This document shows, piece after piece, positions 10,393 to 20,744 of a DNA stretch of 64,000 bases. The notes below the pieces were generated by a model. It saw only the letters and a program-made list of their open reading frames with translations, searched no databases and was not told the origin of the DNA. Source of the DNA: an uncultured Candidatus Saccharibacteria bacterium. GTDB taxonomy: Bacteria > Patescibacteriota > Minisyncoccia > Phycocordibacterales > Phycocordibacteraceae. Each line of letters begins with the position of its first letter. The stretch's first letter is position 1. The DNA lies in NCBI GenBank assembly GCA_964595305.1, contig CAZQPW010000001.1:9722-73721 (forward strand), read 5' to 3'. The translations under genes were made by a program, and so were the position numbers.

Positions 10393-12741
10393 GTGCACCT
10401 ACCTATGCGATGGTTTCGAGTATATTTTGTACGTGGCCTAGCGGTCGCGGCTCTCATTTTTGTCACTACCCTAACTGGGTATTTTTACTCGTTTTTCTTT
10501 TTTTCTGATCAACACCGAAAGCCAATATCTGAAGTCGCGCTCGAAAAAGTGTACGTGTACTACAGTAGTCCACTTACGAAAGGCAAAGTTGCGCTTACAT
10601 ATGATGATGGCCCTACATCAGAGACACTTCAAATTGCTTCCGAACTTAAGAAGGCAAATGCTCCCGGGACTTTTTTCTTCGTTGGCTCGGCAGCATTGAT
10701 GAATCCAGACGTTGTAAAGAAAATTCATGACCAAGGATTTGAAATCGGCAACCACACGTTTACACACCAAACGAGCGTGCATGCGTCGAAGCGGCGCCTT
10801 GCACAAGAGCTTGCTACAACTGAGTACATACTTTCGACTATTACCGGAGAGCATACCCGCTTTTACCGACCGCCTTTCCTAATGGAGCTTGGTAAAGATA
10901 TCACCTTAAACCCGTACGTAGTTATGCCTGAAGGTGCAGCGTGGATCGCACAACTTGGGTATATTCCAGCAGGCGCAGATGTAGACTCTCGCGACTGGGC
11001 TACTGCGAGTACCGATGATGTCATCCGGAATGTACTTGCAAATATGGGTAAACAGGGAGGCGTGATTCTCCTCCACGATAGAAAACCAACATCACTCGAA
11101 ACCACACGAATTGTTAATGAGGTGCGAGCTCGCGGATACGAAATTGTACCACTTGCAGACCTACTAACACCACCAACGACGCATGTATTTAGTCGCGACA
11201 TCGCGCGTGGGGCTTCAGGTAATGAAGTCAATTACTTGCAGTGGTTCTTGTTTGATAAGGGGTACCTGGACCCATGGTCATTAACTGGTGTGTATGACAG
11301 CGACACGGAAAACGCAGTAGCGCGCTTTGAGGCGGTATCAAACCCTAATGGGCCGATAACCGGAATTTTTGCTGGCGCAGTGCGTGAGTCATTTAATAAA
11401 CAGATTGCGATTCCAACTACGTATTATCCTGAAGTAAAAAAGTATACACCGACTGCTGTGCGTAGTTTTGAGCGTGGCTTCTTTGACAGTTTTGGGATGC
11501 TCACACTTTTTATTAGTGCAGCCACTTATTTTTCTGCAATACTTGTTTTTATTAAACTTGCATTCATGATCATTCTGCACCTTGTCAGAATGGTTTCTCG
11601 AAAACATGCAACCACAAACGCAATAACTGCGGCGTCTGTGATCGTTCCTGCATACAATGAGGAGCTCGGGATTGAGTCAACTATTCGTTCTCTTGATAAT
11701 CAGAAAAATATACATCTTGAAATAATTGTAGTAGACGACGGTTCTAAAGATAAAACTGCTGCCGTAGTAAAGGATCTCTTGAAAGAGCAATTTAAATCGA
11801 AAATTATTTTCATTCAAAGCGAAAACCGTGGTAAGCCGCACGCACTTAATTTGGGTCTCGCACGAGCTTCACAAGAAATAGTAGTCACGGTAGACGCCGA
11901 TACTATACTTTCTGACAACGCAGTTGCAGCACTGGTAGGTGCATTTTCAGACAAAAATGTTGGGGCTGCAGCAGGCAAGGTGTACACGACCCACACAAAG
12001 AGCTTCCTTGAGTACATGCAAAACATAGAGTACCTGGTCGGTCAAAACGTCGACAAGCGCGCTTTCGAGCTCGTTAATGCCATACATGTGGTACCCGGTC
12101 CTATAGGCGCATGGCGTAAGTCGGCCCTCATTGAAGTCGGTGGCTTTAAGGAAGGTACGCTAGTGGAAGACCAAGACACCACACTCGCGCTTTTAGAGGA
12201 GGGGTATAGCATACGGTACGTTCCCACAGCTCTTGCATATGCCGAAACCCCAGGTACGTGGAGAGACTTTATACGCCAACGTTATCGCTGGACGTATGGC
12301 ACACTACAGTGCTTTGCGAAATATGCGCACACCATAATTACAAGACCGTTTAGTGGACTAGGTTTTGTTGTGATCCCCATGATGTTGCTCTATGGTCTAA
12401 TTACTCCTCTTACATACGTAATCGTTGACGGTGCTCTCCTAATTGGTATCGCAAGTGGGTCTTGGAATACTATAGTGTTGCCAGTATTGCTTTTCATGGT
12501 TTTTGATACAGTGTACGCTGGTATTGGAATGATTGGTGAAAAGAAGTGGCTGCAGCACACGCTTATGGTGCCTGTGGTGCGGTTTGTCTCAAGATACATT
12601 GCCTTTAGTGTTGTTATACAAAGCTGTGCTGCGGCACTTGAAGGGGCAGTCGTAGGTTGGAATAAGGTTGACAGGACTGGTGGTGTGCACAACTTGTTTG
12701 TTGCCATGACGTCTAAATCATCTCCAGCTACAACTAAATAG
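10393..12741 (+). CDS. Fusion of NodB polysaccharide deacetylase, PG-binding-like domain and processive GT2 synthase (PgaC/IcaA-like)
   Basis: CE4 motifs TYDDGP, HTFTH, RPPF, DSRDW, LLHD; G.SG.EV..LQ..L...GY...TG.YD..TE.AV..F; GT2 motifs VDDGS, DAD, ED, QRYRW; C-terminal TM helices. Confidence 0.9.
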   Translation: MHLPMRWFRVYFVRGLAVAALIFVTTLTGYFYSFFFFSDQHRKPISEVALEKVYVYYSSPLTKGKVALTYDDGPTSETLQIASELKKANAPGTFFFVGSAALMNPDVVKKIHDQGFEIGNHTFTHQTSVHASKRRLAQELATTEYILSTITGEHTRFYRPPFLMELGKDITLNPYVVMPEGAAWIAQLGYIPAGADVDSRDWATASTDDVIRNVLANMGKQGGVILLHDRKPTSLETTRIVNEVRARGYEIVPLADLLTPPTTHVFSRDIARGASGNEVNYLQWFLFDKGYLDPWSLTGVYDSDTENAVARFEAVSNPNGPITGIFAGAVRESFNKQIAIPTTYYPEVKKYTPTAVRSFERGFFDSFGMLTLFISAATYFSAILVFIKLAFMIILHLVRMVSRKHATTNAITAASVIVPAYNEELGIESTIRSLDNQKNIHLEIIVVDDGSKDKTAAVVKDLLKEQFKSKIIFIQSENRGKPHALNLGLARASQEIVVTVDADTILSDNAVAALVGAFSDKNVGAAAGKVYTTHTKSFLEYMQNIEYLVGQNVDKRAFELVNAIHVVPGPIGAWRKSALIEVGGFKEGTLVEDQDTTLALLEEGYSIRYVPTALAYAETPGTWRDFIRQRYRWTYGTLQCFAKYAHTIITRPFSGLGFVVIPMMLLYGLITPLTYVIVDGALLIGIASGSWNTIVLPVLLFMVFDTVYAGIGMIGEKKWLQHTLMVPVVRFVSRYIAFSVVIQSCAAALEGAVVGWNKVDRTGGVHNLFVAMTSKSSPATTK

Positions 12742-12742
12742 T

Positions 12743-13975
12743 ATGAAGAAAAAAAACCAGCTTACCTTTTGGAACATTTATGGCATCGCATGTATAGTAG
12801 TTTTTGTTTGCCTATTTGGTGTTGTTGCTTTTATAACATTTACTAACGGCCCGGCGGTTGTGCTACCAGATTCCATCGTTACGCCATCGAAAGCTCCTAG
12901 ATTTGCGTTAGGCGCGTTTAATCAAAAAAACACACAGCCGCAAATATTTTCTGACTCCGTAAAGTTTGGTTGGAATGAGGCGTCGTGGGGCGGCTCCGCA
13001 GTTCCCACAACAGAATTGCGCAGTACCGGAGAAAAATCTCTCAAAGTTTCGGTAGCTGAGGAGTGGGGAGGGGTAATTTTTGAGCCCAAAGCTGCCGTCG
13101 CTAGTGGGAGCTCTGTTTCATTTGACGTATCTTCAAAGGCCGCACTAGAATCTCTATATGTAGAAATCTCTTCCGGCACACGCAACTCATACCGTGCCCC
13201 ACTTTCTTGGTACAAGTCAGCACAAAATTCAGGCGATTGGATACATGTTGTGGTGCCGTTGTCACATGCGTCAACTACGCCGCACGCGCTAAAGAGTATA
13301 AGCTTCATTAGTAAGACCCCAACCGCACTTTACTTAGACTCGATCGGTCTTACAAATGAAGTAAGCGCTCAGAGCGTAGTATATGTAGCCCCACCAGACG
13401 GATCTCCAATTGTTATTACAGGAAAAAGTGTGCTTCCATACTCGGCACAATTCAATACGCTCTGGACTAGTGCGTATGGACGCTTTTCTCCACGCGGAGA
13501 GACCGCACTTATTGGACCAAAGGCGTCCGAAAAAGGTTCGCAGGGCTCGCTCGCAATATTTACTGACGGTGGCGCATGGACCGACTACCGCGTTACAACA
13601 CATATGAAGTGGGGGACCACTGAGACATATGGTTTGGTCGCAAGGTATACTGACGACCGCAACTACGTATCATGTGACTTTTCAGACAACTACTCAATGG
13701 TCAGTCTTTTTCAAGTAAAAAACGGATTTTCTACTCAACTAGGTGATACTCCAGAGCTGCCGCGCAAATCGTTTTACGAACGAGACATCGAACACGTTAA
13801 CGAAATCGAAGTCGTAGGTAATAGAGTATCGTGTTACTTAGACGGCGATAGGGTTATTTCAATGAACGTACCGGGCATATCTGCCACAGGTACTGTAGCG
13901 GTCGCCTCATGGACCCGTTACCCAGATGCATTTCCTCACCACATACTAAAATTTGAAGTTTCGCAGGTAAAATAA
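12743..13975 (+). CDS. Membrane-anchored beta-sandwich carbohydrate-binding protein (CBM-like plus lectin-like domain)
   Basis: N-terminal TM helix; WGG...W.HV.VPL...LYLD.I pattern; second domain W.DY.V...G.V.V; starts 1 nt after the synthase stop. Confidence 0.6.
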   Translation: MKKKNQLTFWNIYGIACIVVFVCLFGVVAFITFTNGPAVVLPDSIVTPSKAPRFALGAFNQKNTQPQIFSDSVKFGWNEASWGGSAVPTTELRSTGEKSLKVSVAEEWGGVIFEPKAAVASGSSVSFDVSSKAALESLYVEISSGTRNSYRAPLSWYKSAQNSGDWIHVVVPLSHASTTPHALKSISFISKTPTALYLDSIGLTNEVSAQSVVYVAPPDGSPIVITGKSVLPYSAQFNTLWTSAYGRFSPRGETALIGPKASEKGSQGSLAIFTDGGAWTDYRVTTHMKWGTTETYGLVARYTDDRNYVSCDFSDNYSMVSLFQVKNGFSTQLGDTPELPRKSFYERDIEHVNEIEVVGNRVSCYLDGDRVISMNVPGISATGTVAVASWTRYPDAFPHHILKFEVSQVK

Positions 13976-13999
13976 AAACCCCCTCGGAATGGGGGTTTT
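13975..13999. terminator. Bidirectional intrinsic terminator
   Basis: AAAACCCCC-TCGGAAT-GGGGGTTTT hairpin with A/T flanks between convergent genes. Confidence 0.85.
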
Positions 14000-14015
14000 A
14001 TTTATTTCTTGATTA

Positions 14016-14345
14016 TTACCAAGACTGGCGTCGCTCGCCGCCGCCGAAGCCGCCGCGATTACCTCCACCAAATCCTCCACGTCCGCCACCATTGTTTTCT
14101 GGTGGGCGTGCTACAGAGACTCGAACAGTGCGTCCGTCAATCTCTTTGCCGTCAAGTGCAGCGAGTACTGCATCTGCTTCTTCGTCCGTCGACATTTCGA
14201 CGAAACCGAAGCCGCGTGATCGGCCAGTCTCACGGTCAGTGATTACTTTTGCTGATACAACGTTTCCAAAACCTTGCACAGCTGCTTTTAATGAGTCATC
14301 AGTGGTGTTGTAAGACAGACCACCGAAATAGAGTTTCTTTGCCAC
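14016..14345 (-). CDS. RRM (RNP-1) RNA-binding protein with a Gly-rich tail
   Basis: RNP2 LYFGGL, RNP1 RGFGFVEM, GGGRGGFGG tail. Confidence 0.95.
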   Translation of the reverse strand: MAKKLYFGGLSYNTTDDSLKAAVQGFGNVVSAKVITDRETGRSRGFGFVEMSTDEEADAVLAALDGKEIDGRTVRVSVARPPENNGGGRGGFGGGNRGGFGGGERRQSW

Positions 14346-14526
14346 AATACTAGTTTATGTTCAATAAAGCGAGGCTTAGTAATCCTGACTGTACGTGCCT
14401 TCCGTTGGCGCGCCTTGGTGTAAGACTGTTTGACACTCGTAATCATGATTATAGCACACCAAAGTGCAATGTCCAAATTATGCACAGCCCTTTACATATC
14501 GCATAAAAAGAGTATTATTCGGGCAT

Positions 14527-15591
14527 ATGACACGCACTACCCAGCTGTCCGTTTTTATTATTTTACTGGCTCTTTTTGTCGCTCCTCAAGTTGCACTAGC
14601 AGTCGATGAGGCTCCTGTCCCACCTGCGACGGGGACGATTCAAGTTTGCTCAATTATCATCGACGCCGTCGGCGATATGCGCACAAACTCGCCGCTGCCA
14701 GCTATTACGATTACACAAGAAGGCAGAACCGAGGGTACATTGACACTACCAAACACCACCTTTATGACACCGCTGGTTGCAAACCTCGACGCGGTTGCAG
14801 CTTTCGCAAACGAAGATGCATCATGCGTTGATTACCCAGAGTTTGCGTTTGGTACATATGCATATGGTGAAGCATCGTACTCAAATGATGCAGACTATGA
14901 TGAACCGCTTTATTTTGACGCACAAAATACGGACCAGGTTTCGATTCCTGATTTTAAAAAATTTAAGGAGCCAGGGGTTGAAAGTGCCGATGGTTTTATT
15001 ACAATCGATGCCGATCACCCAGTAGCGCGAATCTTCTCGCTCAGCACGTACTTACCGTGTGGACCAGTTGCGGAAGGAGAGACGTGTGGCTCTAATACAG
15101 GAGATGAAAGTGAGACTAGCGATACGACCCAGACAGAAACTCCTCCACCTCCAGCTCAGGGTGGCGGCGGGATCTATGTACCCACGGGCCCAGTCGTAGA
15201 AATTTTCCATCCAGAACCAGCCCCAAGTGTAGTATCTGAAAACACCACCACAGCTGTCGGCGGAGAGGGAAATGCAGGAACTTCGTGTGAGTTGCCGCTT
15301 ACATCTCATATGCGTCGCGGAAGAACGAACGACACGAATGCGGTGCTTATCCTGCAAAAATTTCTAAACGAACATATGGGTGCTGGTCTAAATGCAAACG
15401 GAGAGTTTGATGAGGCTACTGAGACTGCTGTCAAAAGTTTTCAAGACAAGTATGCAGTCGATGTACTCAAGCCTTGGGGTAATATAAACGCAACAGGAAT
15501 CGTATACCTCACTACGCTAAAGAAGATCAATCAGCTTCGTTGTGGTTCATATGCTGCAATTGACCCTATCCTTGTGCCTTGGATAGACTGA
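14527..15591 (+). CDS. Secreted acidic protein with a C-terminal PG-binding-like domain
   Basis: Signal peptide ending ALA; Pro/Thr linker; V..LQKFLN...G.FD..TE.AVK.FQ.KY. Confidence 0.72.
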   Translation: MTRTTQLSVFIILLALFVAPQVALAVDEAPVPPATGTIQVCSIIIDAVGDMRTNSPLPAITITQEGRTEGTLTLPNTTFMTPLVANLDAVAAFANEDASCVDYPEFAFGTYAYGEASYSNDADYDEPLYFDAQNTDQVSIPDFKKFKEPGVESADGFITIDADHPVARIFSLSTYLPCGPVAEGETCGSNTGDESETSDTTQTETPPPPAQGGGGIYVPTGPVVEIFHPEPAPSVVSENTTTAVGGEGNAGTSCELPLTSHMRRGRTNDTNAVLILQKFLNEHMGAGLNANGEFDEATETAVKSFQDKYAVDVLKPWGNINATGIVYLTTLKKINQLRCGSYAAIDPILVPWID

Positions 15592-15595
15592 GTTA

Positions 15596-16063
15596 ATGAA
15601 CGAAAAAGTTAGAGAGTGTGGAGAGTGCAATGCGTGCTGTAAGACGCACGCAGTAGTTGAGTTGAATAAACCGGACGGCAAGTGGTGCACGCATGCTGCT
15701 CCTGGGAAAGGGTGTGCGATTTACGGCTCACACCCGAAGTCATGCAAAGAGTTTAGCTGTGCGTGGCTTATGGGGCTAGGCGATGAAAGTGAGCGGCCAG
15801 ACAAAACTAAATTCGTAATTGATCCAGTAAACTACCCAGGCTGCCCGCCTGGCGGGGTAGTGCAGCTGTGGGAAGTAACCGAAGGTGCGCTTACAAAAGG
15901 CAACGCTATGGATGTGACATTCAGTCTTCACTCAGCTGGGCAGACGGTACTTCATATCCCGCTGCGGGGCAAGAAGCGAATGTATATTTCAAACCAACTT
16001 GATGATAATGAGCGAAAAAAAATTACCTCTGCAGCTATCCGTGATGGGATTGAAATTAGTTAA
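15596..16063 (+). CDS. YkgJ-like CxxCxxCC cysteine-cluster protein
   Basis: CGECNACC...C...CAIY..HP.SC..F.C. Confidence 0.75.
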   Translation: MNEKVRECGECNACCKTHAVVELNKPDGKWCTHAAPGKGCAIYGSHPKSCKEFSCAWLMGLGDESERPDKTKFVIDPVNYPGCPPGGVVQLWEVTEGALTKGNAMDVTFSLHSAGQTVLHIPLRGKKRMYISNQLDDNERKKITSAAIRDGIEIS

Positions 16064-16068
16064 TTGCC

Positions 16069-16845
16069 TCACTGTTTAAGCCCCAATCCATTGTGCAGTA
16101 GGTAGAGGGCAATGGCAACGAATATGCCGACGAGGAGCAACAGAACCGCAGACGCAACGATGAGTGAGGTATCGGCGATGCCTAAGAAGCCGTATCGGAA
16201 GCCGTTGATGATGTAGAAAACGGGGTTGAGGTGCGTGAGGGCTTGCATCAGTGGCGGTAGTGACTGCACAGAGTAAAATACTCCACCCAGGTATACAAGT
16301 GGGGTAAGTACGAATGTGGGCACTATGGTAATTCCGTCAAAGCCCTTTGCATAAATTCCATTAATGAGCCCAGCCAAAGCAAAAATCACCGAAGATAAAA
16401 GGAAGAAAAGTAATATGATGAATGGGTGAGCGATGTGAGGAAGGGCGAAGAACATCGACGCCGCGATGACTACTAGTGCTACTATGCCTGAGCGAAAAAC
16501 ACCACTCGTCACGTAGCCCGCGACGATGACCCACGGCGGGGTAGGGCTCACTAAAATTTCATCAATGTTTCGACCGAAAAACTTTGACTGAAAGAACGTA
16601 CTCGCGACGTCGGTATACGCGTTAGTTATAACTGCAAGCATCACGAGTCCCGGGACCACAAACTGCATATAGCTGAAACCTTGAATCTCGCCAATTTGAG
16701 AACCAAGGATGGTACCGAAGACTGTAAAGTAGAGGACTGAAGTCACGAGTGATGGTAGAACAGTTTGAGACCAAATTCGGAGCACACGGATCACGCCTTT
16801 ACGGACTATCGTGTAGTAAGAAATTAAAAGTTTGTCTGTCGGCAT
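16069..16845 (-). CDS. ABC-2 transporter permease (YadH-like)
   Basis: YMQFVVPGL, LTPLVYLGGVFYS, LNPVFY.INGFRYGF. Confidence 0.92.
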   Translation of the reverse strand: MPTDKLLISYYTIVRKGVIRVLRIWSQTVLPSLVTSVLYFTVFGTILGSQIGEIQGFSYMQFVVPGLVMLAVITNAYTDVASTFFQSKFFGRNIDEILVSPTPPWVIVAGYVTSGVFRSGIVALVVIAASMFFALPHIAHPFIILLFFLLSSVIFALAGLINGIYAKGFDGITIVPTFVLTPLVYLGGVFYSVQSLPPLMQALTHLNPVFYIINGFRYGFLGIADTSLIVASAVLLLLVGIFVAIALYLLHNGLGLKQ

Positions 16846-16847
16846 AG

Positions 16848-17591
16848 CTATTTGGAAGTAAGTTGTAAGAAGACCTGTTCTAACTTTGACCCCATGCCTG
16901 AGTTGTTACCGTCGTGGAGAGCAAGCACTTCCTCCATAGTTCCGTTTGCAATAATTGAGCCTTTGTTAATTATCGCCACGTGTTTTGCAAGGGCCTCTGC
17001 TTCTTCAAGGTAGTGTGTAGTAAGTAATATGGTTAGTCCACTTGCGGTGAGTCCCTGCAAGTATTCCCACATTGATCGTCGCAGCTCGACGTCGACACCG
17101 GCCGTTGGTTCATCGAGTATTAAGAACTTAGGTTGGTGTATGAGCGCTCGAGCAATCATCAGGCGGCGCTTCATTCCGCCAGAAAGGGCCATCGCTTGGC
17201 CACGCATCTTGTCCTTGAGGCCTAAGTCGGCTAAGATTTTTTCTGCACGTGGGATAGCTATTTTTCTGCTAACGCCGTAGTAGCCTGCCTGGTTTACCAC
17301 AATGTCTATAGGCTTTTCAAATGGGTTGAAATTGACCTCTTGGCCGACAAGGCCAATCATTGCACGAGCTTCTTCAGGGCGCTCATCTATGTTTATATCA
17401 AAAACAGTAACAGACCCTTTAGACTTTGTTACTAGTCCAGCAGTAATTCCAATCAGAGTGGTTTTACCTGCGCCGTTTGGGCCTAAGAGCGCAAAGAAGT
17501 CGCCCGCTGGCACCTCAAGGTCTATTCCTTTTAGTGCCTCGGTACCAGACGCGTACTTTTTAGTAACTCCTGAAACAGCGAGTGCGTTCAT
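16848..17591 (-). CDS. ABC transporter ATP-binding protein (YadG-like)
   Basis: GPNGAGKTT, LSGGMKRR, ILDEPT, TTHY. Confidence 0.95.
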   Translation of the reverse strand: MNALAVSGVTKKYASGTEALKGIDLEVPAGDFFALLGPNGAGKTTLIGITAGLVTKSKGSVTVFDINIDERPEEARAMIGLVGQEVNFNPFEKPIDIVVNQAGYYGVSRKIAIPRAEKILADLGLKDKMRGQAMALSGGMKRRLMIARALIHQPKFLILDEPTAGVDVELRRSMWEYLQGLTASGLTILLTTHYLEEAEALAKHVAIINKGSIIANGTMEEVLALHDGNNSGMGSKLEQVFLQLTSK

Positions 17592-17594
17592 GAA

Positions 17595-18125
17595 CTAGTC
17601 GTGTAACGGTACTCCGCCAAGATAATCTGTCTTGCCAAGCTTTACACCATTTTTACGGAGAATGTTATATGCAGTAGAGAGATGGAAGTAAAAGTTAGGA
17701 ATACCGTAAAGGTGTACGTAGTCATGGCCGAGCATGTGCTTACCTTCAAAATAAGGAAGTACGATCTTTAGTTCAGATTTGTTTTCAAACTGCTCAGGTT
17801 TAAGTGTCTCGATAAACGCAAGCGTTTTTTCTATTCGCATCTTGAGTTCAGCAAAGGTAGTTTCAGTGTCTTCGTGTTTCGGTATTTCAACTTCAGCTAT
17901 TCTGCCCGCAATGCCTTTAGCGTTGTCGCACACAATTTGCACTTGGCGCTTAAAATCAAACTGGTCAAAAATAATTTTTTCCGAGGTAAGCGCGAGTTCA
18001 AATGAGGCCCACGAGAGCTTGTGTGCTTCTGCGTGCGCAGCCGCTTTATCGAGTACGCTACTGAGAGCTTTTAAAGATCGGATAAATGGCGGGACGATGG
18101 CATTGTAGTATGATGATGAGTTCAT
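17595..18125 (-). CDS. DUF1993-family (DinB-like) protein
   Basis: QVQIVCD.AK...R, PNFYFH.STAY.ILR..GV.LGK.DY. Confidence 0.88.
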   Translation of the reverse strand: MNSSSYYNAIVPPFIRSLKALSSVLDKAAAHAEAHKLSWASFELALTSEKIIFDQFDFKRQVQIVCDNAKGIAGRIAEVEIPKHEDTETTFAELKMRIEKTLAFIETLKPEQFENKSELKIVLPYFEGKHMLGHDYVHLYGIPNFYFHLSTAYNILRKNGVKLGKTDYLGGVPLHD

Positions 18126-18170
18126 ATATCAATACTACCACAATCGATTTTTTTGCGGTACTCTTTAAAC

Positions 18171-19127
18171 ATGAGCGGCGACAGCATTACCACCGAGTCA
18201 GATTCGTACGCGCTTTTAGACAGCGGTGAAGAAATGAAGCTAGAGCGGTTTGGTGAGTATGTGCTCGCGCGTCCAGATCCACAAGCAATTTGGCGACGCA
18301 GGCTTACCGTAAAAGAGTGGGCACAGGCGCATGCAACCTACGAGCGAAAGGGTACGTCTGGTGTGTGGCATGTTTCATCTAGCATACCTAAGGAGTGGGA
18401 CGTGCTTTTTGGCGGGTATTCTTTTAGGATTAAACCGACCTCATTTAAGCATGTAGGGCTTTTCCCCGAACATGAGTCTAATTGGGTGTGGCTTCATGAA
18501 AAAATAAAGGCTCGAGGAGACGGTCTTGCGAATAAGCGCGAAGCAGTGCATCAGCCTTTTGCGCACCATTTGCCAATTAAAGTATTAAACCTCTTTGGGT
18601 ACACTGGAGGTGCTACACTCGCAGCTGCACACACAGGTGCTGAGGTGGTCCATGTCGACGCCTCTAAGGCTGCAGTAGAGTGGGGGAAAGTAAATGCAGA
18701 GCTCTCTGGACTATCGGGCGCCCATATTCGGTGGATCGTAGACGACGCGATGCAGTTTGTAAAAAAAGAGATCAAGCGTGGTAACACTTATGACGCTATT
18801 ATTCTAGACCCGCCAGCATTCGGGCACGGTCCAAAACGTGAGCTTTGGAAAATCGAACGCGACCTTCCTATGTTAATATCGCTCCTACCAAAGATATTGA
18901 CTGACAAGCCACTATTCGTGCTTTTGAATGGTTATGCTGCTGGGTACTCGCACCACTCGCTTGGTAATGTGCTCGAACCGTTAATTACAAAAAATGCAGA
19001 TGTAGAAACAGGTGAGCTTTTAATCAAGGAATCTCCAGCATCACCACCATCTTTCCTCGTAGTGCACTCGCGAAATGATCCGGTGCGCTTACTCCAGGCC
19101 GGAATATTCGCCCGAGTAACATACTAA
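18171..19127 (+). CDS. Class I SAM-dependent methyltransferase (RlmI/YwbD-like)
   Basis: VLNLFGYTGG, VDAS, ILDPPAFG. Confidence 0.88.
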   Translation: MSGDSITTESDSYALLDSGEEMKLERFGEYVLARPDPQAIWRRRLTVKEWAQAHATYERKGTSGVWHVSSSIPKEWDVLFGGYSFRIKPTSFKHVGLFPEHESNWVWLHEKIKARGDGLANKREAVHQPFAHHLPIKVLNLFGYTGGATLAAAHTGAEVVHVDASKAAVEWGKVNAELSGLSGAHIRWIVDDAMQFVKKEIKRGNTYDAIILDPPAFGHGPKRELWKIERDLPMLISLLPKILTDKPLFVLLNGYAAGYSHHSLGNVLEPLITKNADVETGELLIKESPASPPSFLVVHSRNDPVRLLQAGIFARVTY

Positions 19128-19132
19128 CTAAG

Positions 19133-19795
19133 ATGAATAGGCACGAACTACCAACTACAAGTAAGACAGAACTAACTCGTGATTTTATCCTCTCGGAGTT
19201 AAAGAAACTTCAGTACCTATACGGCCTGAACCGTGTCATCAGGTTTAATATGAGGCGAAACGAGAAGCATCAAACCCAATCAGTAGCTGAGCATATCGCA
19301 AACCTTATTGGCCTCGCACACTACTTCAGGAAATATGAAGACCCTGACAACAAACTTGACTTTGAAAAAGTCATCAAAATGATCTATGTACACGACATGC
19401 CAGAAATAGAGACCGGAGATATCGTCGACATATCAAAAAATCATAATTACCATGTAGAAGAGCGGTCTGCCATACTAAAAGTCAAAGCACAGGCGCCTCA
19501 ATTTGTAGCCGACGACATAGAGCGGCTACACGCTGAGTATGAAAATAAGTCAACTCCTGAGGCAAGATATGTATATGCGTTGGATAAGTTTGAGGGACAG
19601 CTATCTTGGATGAGCGTTTCCGGCATTGCGATGGCAAGGCTTGCAGTAAAGCGAGCAAATCAGGATATTAAAGTTGCTCACAAATCTCTGATTCAAAGAA
19701 TTGGAAAATACTATGCGGATAACAACTTCGACACTCTAGGTCAGTACTTTACAGTGATTAATGAAGTTAAAGAAGAGCTAGGGATATTTCGTTGA
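19133..19795 (+). CDS. HD-domain phosphohydrolase (YfbR/HD_3-like)
   Basis: SVAEH, VHDMPEIETGD, EA..V.ALDK. Confidence 0.85.
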   Translation: MNRHELPTTSKTELTRDFILSELKKLQYLYGLNRVIRFNMRRNEKHQTQSVAEHIANLIGLAHYFRKYEDPDNKLDFEKVIKMIYVHDMPEIETGDIVDISKNHNYHVEERSAILKVKAQAPQFVADDIERLHAEYENKSTPEARYVYALDKFEGQLSWMSVSGIAMARLAVKRANQDIKVAHKSLIQRIGKYYADNNFDTLGQYFTVINEVKEELGIFR

Positions 19796-19797
19796 CT

Positions 19798-20343
19798 TTA
19801 CCGGCTCGAAGGATTTTTGCTAGAGTTGTGTACTAAAAGTAGTACAATTAAAAACACAAATAATGAGAGGGCCATGAACGGGTAGGTAATGTAGCCGAGC
19901 TCGAACATGATTCGCGTTGAGCAGCTCTCCGATGGGCCAGTAATTGGGCACGGCAGCATTTCGCTGCCTCCAAGTTGAAGATAGTGATGGTATACCGCTA
20001 TTACGGCTCCAATCACCGAAAGTGCAGTGACGTAGAGGTGCGCGCGGGCATCTTTAGTTAATGCTGCAATTGCAAAGATAACTACCTGTGGGTACAAAAA
20101 CACCCGCTCAAGCCAACAAAGGCCGCAAGGCCGCTCTCCCAGAATTTCAGAATAGTAAAGCGTGACGAGTGAGGCGCCTAGTGTAAGTATGAAGCCGAAC
20201 AGGAAAGTATATTTGGATGCTATTACACGAAACGAAGTGAGGCTCTTTGGATAAAATGCAAGATAGAGCAAGAAAAGTGTCGCAGCGTTTAAGAGCAATG
20301 TTAGATAACCAAGAAGCGTGTTAGATAGCTCTAGCGTTGGCAT
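19798..20343 (-). CDS. Disulfide bond formation protein, DsbB/BdbC family
   Basis: PCGLCWLER and a second Cys pair; TM helices; TAATG overlap with the upstream gene fixes the start. Confidence 0.9.
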   Translation of the reverse strand: MPTLELSNTLLGYLTLLLNAATLFLLYLAFYPKSLTSFRVIASKYTFLFGFILTLGASLVTLYYSEILGERPCGLCWLERVFLYPQVVIFAIAALTKDARAHLYVTALSVIGAVIAVYHHYLQLGGSEMLPCPITGPSESCSTRIMFELGYITYPFMALSLFVFLIVLLLVHNSSKNPSSR

Positions 20344-20744
20344 TAGGGTGTAGGAAGTGTACAGGACGTCGACGATGCGAGCGAGGCAAGTGGCACTTCG
20401 CCAGTTGCGCGTGTGCCGTTTGCAAAGACCCACGTTGGGTAACCTTCTACGCCGGCATCTTTACAAATCTGGTTTACTTCTTTGCCATCCGGAGTCGAAC
20501 ACTCTACGTAGGGCAGTTTTTCTGCAGCGTCACCAAATAGCTCCTTTTGGGCCTTGCAGTGTGGGCACCAGAACGCGCCATAAAACTTCGCACCGCTCTT
20601 TGCAATGCACTCCGCAAGGTCTGTATACTTTCCTGCCGGGATTTCAGTAGTTGGGGCAGCTGCTTTTTGTGGCATGAAAACGAACAAGCCAATTGCGCCT
20701 GCTATAAGGATAACCACTGCACCGAGGATAAATTTTTGTTCCAT
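20343..20744 (-). CDS. Membrane-anchored thioredoxin-like protein (VKOR-partner type)
   Basis: FYGAFWCPHC..QK..FG, YVEC, C...GV.GYPTW. Confidence 0.85.
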   Translation of the reverse strand: MEQKFILGAVVILIAGAIGLFVFMPQKAAAPTTEIPAGKYTDLAECIAKSGAKFYGAFWCPHCKAQKELFGDAAEKLPYVECSTPDGKEVNQICKDAGVEGYPTWVFANGTRATGEVPLASLASSTSCTLPTP

